Of a stretch of DNA of 32,000 nt, positions 25,383 to 32,000 are shown piece after piece. Source of the DNA: Flavobacteriaceae bacterium (lineage in GTDB: Bacteria > Bacteroidota > Bacteroidia > Flavobacteriales > Flavobacteriaceae); NCBI GenBank assembly GCA_965224465.1, contig OZ245049.1, positions 4,290,001 to 4,322,000 on the forward strand. Reading direction: 5' to 3'. The translations under genes and the position numbers were made by a program. A model generated the notes under the pieces. It ran no database searches, was not told where the DNA came from, and worked only from the letters and a program-made list of their open reading frames with translations. The stretch's first letter is position 1, and the number at the start of each line of letters is the position of its first letter.

Positions 25383-25697
25383 ATGACAGCAGAAGAGATT
25401 ATGTTATTCGAAATAGAATTGTTAGAATTATTAAAAAAAGTAATAGATCCAGAAGTGGAGATTAATATTGTAGATATGGGATTGATCTATAAGTTAACCT
25501 ATGACGGAAAAGAAATTGTAAATATAGACTTGACTTTTTCTACGCCTTCATGTCCGTTAGGAGAGACAATTATGGCAAATATTAGAGAAACGATATATAA
25601 AAAATATCCTGATTTTATTGTAAGTATAGATTTAGTTTTTGAACCAAAATGGACTCCTGCAATGATTAGTGATGAAGGGAAAGCGATGTTAGGCTAG
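25383..25697 (+). CDS. DUF59 / metal-sulfur cluster assembly factor (SufT/MIP18-like)
   Basis: 104 aa with VIDPEVEINIVDMGLIY and the conserved TFSTPSCPLG motif. Confidence 0.8.
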   Translation: MTAEEIMLFEIELLELLKKVIDPEVEINIVDMGLIYKLTYDGKEIVNIDLTFSTPSCPLGETIMANIRETIYKKYPDFIVSIDLVFEPKWTPAMISDEGKAMLG

Positions 25698-25712
25698 GTG
25701 AAAAATTCAACA

Positions 25713-25749
25713 AAAAAAGTCCGATTTATCAAATAAATCGGACTTTTTA
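25713..25749. terminator. Rho-independent terminator after the DUF59 gene
   Basis: Stem agtccgattta (25718-25728) pairs with taaatcggact (25734-25744), followed by tttt. Confidence 0.75.
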
Positions 25750-25756
25750 ATGATTT

Positions 25757-25911
25757 AATAATACCAAATGCATTTCCAAGTGACGGTTTAGAAATGGAAT
25801 TATTTTCGTTTTAGCTAGGTGAAAGGTCTAAGGACAGCCTTGCTAGCGTTCTGTTTTTCAACAAGACTAGAACGTAAAACAAACTATTTATATCGGTTAT
25901 TTCGGATTGTA
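25757..25911 (+). repeat. Structured intergenic repeat, copy e (full length)
   Basis: aataataccaaatgcatttccaagtgacggtttagaaatggaatt...agctaggtg...aaggacagccttgctagcgttctg...gactagaacgtaaaac...tatatcggttatttcggattgta. Confidence 0.85.
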
Positions 25912-25924
25912 ATTGTATATGTGC

Positions 25925-26359
25925 TTACTTTGTAGCTCTATACCAATTTTGTGTTCTAAAGAAAAAAGAGATGTAGCCACGTACATTTAATTTGTTAGAA
26001 TCTTCTTCGTCAAGCCATATTTTACATTTGTATATTTTTCCTTTTTTAGGATCTAATATGGTTGCTCCGCTATATTCATTTCCGTCTTTTTTTAAACCAT
26101 CTATTATAACCATTCCTTTTATAGGTTGGTCTTTTCGAGGATCGTTGCTCTCGCAATTTTCACAGGTAGCATTTTGTTTGTTTTTGTCTAGTAATTGTAT
26201 GATTTTTGCATAAACCTTTCCGTTTTTTTTGTAAATTTCTACGATAGATTTTTCTTTTCCAGTTTCATCATCTATGGTTTTCCATGTTCCAAAAACGTCT
26301 TGTGCGGATAAGGATCCTACGATTAAAAGGGTGCAAAATGTTGTAAATAAGTGTTTCAT
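25925..26359 (-). CDS. DUF2147 domain protein (secreted)
   Basis: Signal peptide MKHLFTTFCTLLIVGSLSAQ, then GTWKTIDDETGK.KSIVEIYKKNGK.Y.KI and ILDP..GK.YKCK.WL, typical of DUF2147. Confidence 0.8.
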   Translation of the reverse strand: MKHLFTTFCTLLIVGSLSAQDVFGTWKTIDDETGKEKSIVEIYKKNGKVYAKIIQLLDKNKQNATCENCESNDPRKDQPIKGMVIIDGLKKDGNEYSGATILDPKKGKIYKCKIWLDEEDSNKLNVRGYISFFFRTQNWYRATK

Positions 26360-26408
26360 GAGTATTTGTTGTTAATTGTTGTTTACAAAATCAAATATAT
26401 GTTATGTC

Positions 26409-26511
26409 TAATACATTTCCAAATGACTTTTAAAAAAAGGTATTATATAATGATGAGCCTCTTGTTCTGTGGGGGCTTGGAGGCTCGTTTAGAAATAGAA
26501 TATATTATTTT
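26409..26511 (+). repeat. Degenerate, split copy of the 5' half of the intergenic repeat (copy g)
   Basis: taatacatttccaaatgac (26409-26427) and gtttagaaatagaatatattatttt (26487-26511) match the repeat 5' half. They are separated by about 59 nt containing a gagcctc/gaggctc hairpin. Confidence 0.5.
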
Positions 26512-26548
26512 AGAAGCATTCCGAGTATTTTCGAACAGCTTTGTTGTA

Positions 26549-26703
26549 TCATACCAACTACATTTCCAAGTGACGGTTTAGAAATAGAATTATTTTTTGT
26601 TTTAGCTAGGTAAAAACATTAAGGATAGTCTTAGCTATCGTTCTGTTTTTTAACAACGCTAAAACGTAAAACAAACTATTTATATCGATCGTTTTGGGTT
26701 GTA
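26549..26703 (+). repeat. Structured intergenic repeat, copy f (full length)
   Basis: atcataccaactacatttccaagtgacggtttagaaatagaatt...agctaggta...aaggatagtcttagctatcgttctg...cgctaaaacgtaaaac...tatatcgatcgttttgggttgta. Confidence 0.85.
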
Positions 26704-26735
26704 ACTGGTATAATATATCAAAAATGATTCCGTTT

Positions 26736-28238
26736 TTAGTTTTTTCTCCAGAAATATGGAGTAAACAGTATCAATACTGTAAATAATTCCAAGCGGCCAA
26801 TTAGCATTAAGAAAGAGCAAAACCATTTTGCACTGGTACTTAAATGTTCATAATTATCTACAGGACTCACGCTGCCAATAGCAGGGCCAATATTTCCAAG
26901 AGAGGAAGCTGCAGCTCCTAATGCGGAGTTAAATTCCATTCCCATAAAGGTGAGTATTATTGTGCCACAGATAAAAATGAGCATATAAAGAATAAAAAAT
27001 GAAATAATATTCATTACAATCCCTTGGCTAACACCTACGTTGTCGTATCTAATTGGGATAATAGCATTGGGGTGTATTAGTTTTTTGAATTCTAAAAAGC
27101 TATTTTTTATCATGATAACGTGTCTCACAATCTTGATTCCTCCACTTGTAGATCCCGCCGATCCTCCTATAAAAAACAGCGAAAACATAAGTGCGGTTGT
27201 AAAATAGTTCCACATTGTAAAATCGGCACTTACAAAGCCTGTAGTTGTAAGGACAGAAATCACTTGAAAAGACGCATGTCTAAAGGCACTTTCTGCTTTT
27301 CCCCAAACCATTGGGTGGTCTATGCTGGTATGTAAATTAGGGTCTTGTTTAAAAATGATTAGAAAAGTGAGTAAAACTACGAGGAATAGCGTCCCAAAAA
27401 GATAATATTTGAATTCTTCGTTTTGCAATACGCGCTGTATTTTTCCTTTTAAAGCAAAATAGGTGAGGATAAAATTTGTTCCAGCAATAAACATAAAAGC
27501 AATTACAATATACTGTACAACGGGCATATTATTGTAAAATGCCATACTGCTATTTTTTGTAGAGAAACCACCAGTACTTAAAGTTGCCATGGCATGGTTA
27601 ATGGCGTCAAACCATGTCATACCCGCTATTTTTAGCAGAAAGAATTCTACCATAGTAAGGGTAAAATAAATTAACCAAAGTCGTTTTGCAGTTTCTGTAA
27701 TTCTCGGGTGCATTTTGTCGGCAGACGGTCCAGGTGCTTCTGCCATAAAGAGCTGCATTCCACCAATTCCTAATAGGGGTAAAATAGCCACCGTTAGTAC
27801 AATAATTCCCATGCCTCCTATCCAGTGGGTAGCACTTCTCCAAAATAAAATTCCTCTAGGCATGGATTCAATGTCTAGTAAAATGGATGATCCCGTAGTA
27901 GAATAGCCAGAGATGGTTTCAAAAAAAGCATTTGTGTATGAAGGAATGCTACCTGTAAAAACATAGGGTAGGGTTCCTGTAAGCGTTAGCATTAACCATC
28001 CCAAAGTAACAATAAGGTAGCCTTCTTTTTTTTGTAAACTTCCTTTTTTTGTGTTTCGATTAAAAAACCACATTACAAAGCCAAGAGTAATTGTTGTTAG
28101 CCCAGCAATTACTATTCCTTTGAATGCTTCTTCTTCATGATAGAAACTAAAAGGAGCCGCCAATAGCATAAAAAGACCGTTTAGTATTGACGTTAATCCC
28201 AGAAAGCTAAGGATAATTTTAAAGTTAAAGTGCCTCAT
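26736..28238 (-). CDS. trkH: TrkH/KtrB-family potassium transporter
   Basis: 500 aa and polytopic. It carries repeated selectivity-filter-like motifs (SGYSTTG, LSTGGFS, TTTGF, SAGSTSGG) typical of TrkH. Confidence 0.9.
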   Translation of the reverse strand: MRHFNFKIILSFLGLTSILNGLFMLLAAPFSFYHEEEAFKGIVIAGLTTITLGFVMWFFNRNTKKGSLQKKEGYLIVTLGWLMLTLTGTLPYVFTGSIPSYTNAFFETISGYSTTGSSILLDIESMPRGILFWRSATHWIGGMGIIVLTVAILPLLGIGGMQLFMAEAPGPSADKMHPRITETAKRLWLIYFTLTMVEFFLLKIAGMTWFDAINHAMATLSTGGFSTKNSSMAFYNNMPVVQYIVIAFMFIAGTNFILTYFALKGKIQRVLQNEEFKYYLFGTLFLVVLLTFLIIFKQDPNLHTSIDHPMVWGKAESAFRHASFQVISVLTTTGFVSADFTMWNYFTTALMFSLFFIGGSAGSTSGGIKIVRHVIMIKNSFLEFKKLIHPNAIIPIRYDNVGVSQGIVMNIISFFILYMLIFICGTIILTFMGMEFNSALGAAASSLGNIGPAIGSVSPVDNYEHLSTSAKWFCSFLMLIGRLELFTVLILFTPYFWRKN

Positions 28239-28240
28239 AA

Positions 28241-29587
28241 TTAATTAAACAATTTTTCTACTTTATGAATGGCTTCTGGCAAGCAGAAAACCACTGCTTT
28301 GTCGTCTGGTTGAATTTGAAAGTCACCAAAAGTCATAAAGGCTTTTCCATTTCTAATAACACCACCGAAAACCGCTTTTTTTGTCAATTTTATATCTCTA
28401 ACTAGGTTTCTAGTCACTAAAGAACCTTTTTTAACTTTAAATTCTAGCACTTCGGCATCTACATTGTGTAGGTTAACTAATTTAAGGACATCTCCTTTAC
28501 GGACATGCTTGAAAATAGCACTTGCAGCTAGTAATTTCTTGTTTATAAGTGTGTCAATTCCAATGGTTTGCGATATGTTGATATAGTCCATGTTTTCCAC
28601 CAAAGCAATGGTTTTTTTTACACCTTTAGATTTCGCTACTAAACAAGACATAATATTTGTTTCTGTATTTCCAGTAACTGCTACAAAGGCATCCATTTCG
28701 GCGATATCCTCCTCGTCTAATAATTCTACATTACGTCCATCTCCAAGAATTACCAGTGTGTTTGGTATCTTTTCGGCTATTTCATTGGCGCGTTTTTTAT
28801 CATTTTCTACCAATTTCACATTAAAATTGGATTTGCATAATTGTCGCGCTGTTTTAATCCCTATTTTACTTCCTCCTAAAATCATCACATCCTTTACACC
28901 AAATTGTTTTTTCCCAATTAATTTGTAGATATGAGGAATGGATTTTTTAGGTGTTGAAAAATAGACTTGATCTCCAGAACTGTACACGGATTCACCTCGT
29001 GGGATGATTGTTTCGGCACTGTTTTCTGGTTTTATGGCAATGGTTATAAATTCTACTTCGGGAAATTTGTTTTTTGCTTCATGTACAGTCAATCCAATAA
29101 GAGGAGAACTATAGTCTAAGGTACTACCAATGATGTTGAGTATGCCGTTTTCAAATTCTATGGTGTCATTAAAAGCAGATTGTTGTAATAATTGTTGGAT
29201 TTCGTCGGCAGCCAGTTCTCCTGGAGATATCATAAAATCAATTCCTATTTTGACAAAATCAATATCTGGATTGTTTTGATATTCGTGGCTGGATATTCGA
29301 GCAATGGTTTTTTTGGCTCCTAATTGTTTGGCGAGTACCGATATGGTGAAATTAGTGTTTTGAGATTCTGTTACCGCCAACATAATATCTGCCTCGTGAA
29401 TTTTTAAATCCTTGAGGTCTTTTATAGAAGTGGCATCTCCTTTTTTTGTAATCACATCTATATGGTTGCTTACGTATTCTAATCGTTCAGCATCCATATC
29501 AATAATATATATGTCTTGTGATTCAAAAGATAGCAATTTTGCCAGGTGAAAACCTACATCCCCTGCACCTGCAATTATAATCTTCAT
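28241..29587 (-). CDS. trkA: Trk system potassium uptake protein TrkA (tandem RCK/NAD-binding domains)
   Basis: 448 aa with MKIIIAGAGDVGFHLAKLL and a second Rossmann motif, VMILGGSKIGIKTA. It lies 2 nt upstream of trkH. Confidence 0.9.
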   Translation of the reverse strand: MKIIIAGAGDVGFHLAKLLSFESQDIYIIDMDAERLEYVSNHIDVITKKGDATSIKDLKDLKIHEADIMLAVTESQNTNFTISVLAKQLGAKKTIARISSHEYQNNPDIDFVKIGIDFMISPGELAADEIQQLLQQSAFNDTIEFENGILNIIGSTLDYSSPLIGLTVHEAKNKFPEVEFITIAIKPENSAETIIPRGESVYSSGDQVYFSTPKKSIPHIYKLIGKKQFGVKDVMILGGSKIGIKTARQLCKSNFNVKLVENDKKRANEIAEKIPNTLVILGDGRNVELLDEEDIAEMDAFVAVTGNTETNIMSCLVAKSKGVKKTIALVENMDYINISQTIGIDTLINKKLLAASAIFKHVRKGDVLKLVNLHNVDAEVLEFKVKKGSLVTRNLVRDIKLTKKAVFGGVIRNGKAFMTFGDFQIQPDDKAVVFCLPEAIHKVEKLFN

Positions 29588-29645
29588 GTTAAGTGTGTAT
29601 TTAGCACAAATATAAAAATCTTATCTTTAGTAAAAAAATTAAGTT

Positions 29646-30344
29646 ATGAAGACGCCTCCAAAATTGATGACTATAAAATCGTGGTCGGTTGATGATAGAC
29701 CTAGAGAAAAATTATTAAAATATGGAAAAAGAAGTTTGTCAAATGCCGAATTGGTCGCAATTCTAATAGGGTCGGGAAATAGAAACGAAACAGCAGTAGA
29801 TTTATCCAAACGCATTATGGCATCTATTAATAATGATTTGTCTGCTTTTGGAAAAGTATCTGTAGCAGAATTGATGCGCTTTAATGGGATAGGTCAAGCA
29901 AAGGCAATTTCTATTATTACAGCATTGGAATTGGGACGAAGGCAATTGGTTGCCAAGGAGGTGGCTCCTGTTTCTATTGGAGGGAGTAGAGATGTGTACA
30001 CCGTAATGAAACCTTTGATTGGAGATTTGAATCATGAGGAGTTTTGGGTTATTTTTTTAAATAATTCTAATAAAATTATTCATAAAACCCAACTGAGCAA
30101 AGGAGGACTCACAGGAACACTGGTGGATACTAGATTATTGTTTAAGGAAGCAATTGGTTTACTGGCAACGGGGATAATTCTGTGCCATAATCATCCTTCA
30201 GGGAAAGAAAAACCTAGCGAATCTGATAAAGTATTGACACATAAAATTGTAAAAGGAGGCATTACCTTAGATATAAAGGTGCTGGATCATGTGATTATTA
30301 CAGAAAAAATGTATTTTAGCTTTGCCGATGAAGGGCTGTTATAA
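29646..30344 (+). CDS. radC: RadC-family JAB/MPN domain protein
   Basis: 232 aa. SNAELVAILIGSGN (HhH region) and the JAMM motif HNHPSG....PS..D are present. Confidence 0.9.
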   Translation: MKTPPKLMTIKSWSVDDRPREKLLKYGKRSLSNAELVAILIGSGNRNETAVDLSKRIMASINNDLSAFGKVSVAELMRFNGIGQAKAISIITALELGRRQLVAKEVAPVSIGGSRDVYTVMKPLIGDLNHEEFWVIFLNNSNKIIHKTQLSKGGLTGTLVDTRLLFKEAIGLLATGIILCHNHPSGKEKPSESDKVLTHKIVKGGITLDIKVLDHVIITEKMYFSFADEGLL

Positions 30345-30361
30345 ATTTAAAATAAGAGAGA

Positions 30362-31654
30362 GTGCTACTTGTATATACGCATAAAATTACACCACGAGTC
30401 AATTATGTTTTTAAACATATTTTTGTTAGAATCTTACAAATACCTGTTACTTTTACAAATAAAGTAGAGGAGTTTGTGGCGCATAGTGGGCCTAAAATCA
30501 CCTATACAAAAGCACCTTTAGGAACGGAGTTTTTTATTAGAAGTCATGGTTTGTTATTTGAGCAAGGAGTAAACGATGTAGAGATAATTGTTCAAAAATG
30601 GGATGATGAAGCTTGTTTTTTTGCAACAGGAGATACATCTACAATACCGTATGATATTTTTTCTGCTAGTTTTTATTTATTAAGTAGGTACGAAGAATAC
30701 TTGCCTTTTGTGAAAGATGAGCACCAACGGTTTTCTCCTGAGCAAAGTATTGCTTTTAAAAATGGATTTCTAGAAAAGCCTATTATTGATATTTGGGCGT
30801 ATAAGTTTTTAGAATTATTAAAAGATAAATTTCCTGATTATGAATATCCAAAAAGAGAATTTGAATTTATTTCTACGATCAATGTAAGTAAGGCATTTGC
30901 ATTCAAACACAAAGGGATAATACGTACTTTTGGAGGTGTTTTAAATGATTTTTTCACCCTTCGATGGATGAATTTATGGAATCGAATTTTGGTTATTTTT
31001 AATTTTAAAAGAGATCCTTACAATACCTTTGATCACCTTATAAAAATACAAAAAGAAACGGGTATTGAAACGTTGTTCTTTTTTTTAATAAGTAATTACA
31101 CAACTTATGATACAAATATTTCTACAACAAGCGATACCTATGTTTCTCTAATAAAATCGGTTGGAGATTACGCAAAAGTAGGAATTCTCCCTTCTTATTT
31201 TACCTATAATAATTTAGAAAAGTTAAAGAAAGAAAAAACCAAATTAGAAAGTATCACAAATATCCCTGTATTTAGAACACGGCAACATTATTTGAGATTA
31301 AACTTTCCCGATACGTATGAAAATCTACTAGACTTAGATATTTTGGAAGATTATTCAATGGGCTATAATACAGCAGTAGGATTTAGAGCAAGTACTTGTA
31401 CGCCTTTTTATTTCTACAATATAGATTTTGAAATTCAGACACCATTAAAGTTGTTTCCATTTGCAGTTTCTGACAGGGCATTAAATACAATACTAAACTA
31501 TACAGTGGATGAAAGTTTGGTAAAAATTACCGAATTAAAAAACGAAGTTAAAAAAGTGAATGGTACATTTATTACTGTTTTTCATAATGAAAGTGTTGGA
31601 AATTATGGAGAATGGGAAGGATGGAAAACCGTATATAAAAATATAGTAAAATAA
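30362..31654 (+). CDS. Conserved hypothetical protein, polysaccharide-deacetylase-family-like
   Basis: 430-aa ORF with a GTG start. The N-terminus LLVYTHKITPRVNYVFKHIF resembles flavobacterial proteins I recall being annotated as polysaccharide deacetylase family. This rests on memory, not a search. Confidence 0.45.
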   Translation: MLLVYTHKITPRVNYVFKHIFVRILQIPVTFTNKVEEFVAHSGPKITYTKAPLGTEFFIRSHGLLFEQGVNDVEIIVQKWDDEACFFATGDTSTIPYDIFSASFYLLSRYEEYLPFVKDEHQRFSPEQSIAFKNGFLEKPIIDIWAYKFLELLKDKFPDYEYPKREFEFISTINVSKAFAFKHKGIIRTFGGVLNDFFTLRWMNLWNRILVIFNFKRDPYNTFDHLIKIQKETGIETLFFFLISNYTTYDTNISTTSDTYVSLIKSVGDYAKVGILPSYFTYNNLEKLKKEKTKLESITNIPVFRTRQHYLRLNFPDTYENLLDLDILEDYSMGYNTAVGFRASTCTPFYFYNIDFEIQTPLKLFPFAVSDRALNTILNYTVDESLVKITELKNEVKKVNGTFITVFHNESVGNYGEWEGWKTVYKNIVK

Positions 31655-32000
31655 ATGAGAAAAATTACCGACGTTTTTTTTGACTTAGATCATACCTTAT
31701 GGGATTTTGAAGTAAATTCAAAAGTGGCATTTGAAGCCATTTTTAAAACACACAAAATACCTGTTAATATGGAGAAGTTTTTAAACTATTATGTGCCAAT
31801 TAATTTTAAGTTTTGGAAATTATTTAGGGACGAAAAAATAACTAAAGAAACACTTAAATTTGGACGCCTTAAAGAAACATTTGAGATACTTAAAATTAAC
31901 GTATCAAAAGAACAAATAGAATTATTAGCTACGGATTACTTATTAGAATTACCAAATTCTAATGTGCTATTTGATGGAACTCATGAGTTATTGCAGTATT
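31655..32000 (+). CDS. HAD-superfamily hydrolase (YjjG-like nucleotidase), 5' partial
   Basis: The ATG directly follows the upstream TAA. MRKITDVFFDLDHTLWDF contains HAD motif I (DxDxT). The ORF runs off the window end. Confidence 0.75.
   Translation, partial: MRKITDVFFDLDHTLWDFEVNSKVAFEAIFKTHKIPVNMEKFLNYYVPINFKFWKLFRDEKITKETLKFGRLKETFEILKINVSKEQIELLATDYLLELPNSNVLFDGTHELLQY

Noticed and set aside
8453-26703. Could the dispersed repeats be a CRISPR array?
   Set aside because: The copies are about 100-160 nt long, kilobases apart, in both orientations and separated by genes. There is no regular repeat-spacer periodicity and there are no cas genes in the window.

Overview
AT-rich segment that looks like a Bacteroidota (Flavobacteriia-like) chromosome. 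This taxonomic call is inferred from the tmRNA tag GEDNYALAA, the gene content (CreD cluster, DUF2147, class II RNR, KdsA, Trk) and codon usage. From 11.9 to 32 kb the window holds ordinary, mostly recognisable housekeeping genes: AlaDH/saccharopine-dehydrogenase-like, DUF3820, creD cluster, nrdJ, kdsA, alpha/beta hydrolase, mpl-like Mur ligase, a DUF1858/DUF2249-membrane-DUF59 operon, DUF2147, trkH/trkA, radC, deacetylase-like and a HAD hydrolase. A tmRNA gene (ssrA, minus strand, about 11314-11707) separates this core from an accessory-looking left arm. The left 8.3 kb is the unusual part. It is a same-strand tandem array built from three paralogous families I cannot assign to any known family. 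B is a toxin-like protein with a hydrophobic Gly/Ala segment and an amphipathic beta-rich C-terminus. L is a small lipoprotein with a lipobox. A is a roughly 257-aa protein with no signal peptide. The order is L0(partial)-L1(pseudo)-A1 | B1-L2-L3(pseudo)-A2 | B2(pseudo)-L4-A3. Both B copies lack an ATG start and open with a nearly identical nucleotide box followed by divergent sequence. This resembles orphan toxin/immunity cassette arrays, but no known toxin-family motif is visible. Several copies are decayed by nonsense codons, frameshifts or an internal deletion. A second window-wide signal is a structured intergenic repeat of about 150 nt, present in six copies plus one split copy, in both orientations, mostly at gene 3' ends. 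All coordinates of non-ORF features were counted by hand and are good to about +/-5 nt. No identities were computed by software.
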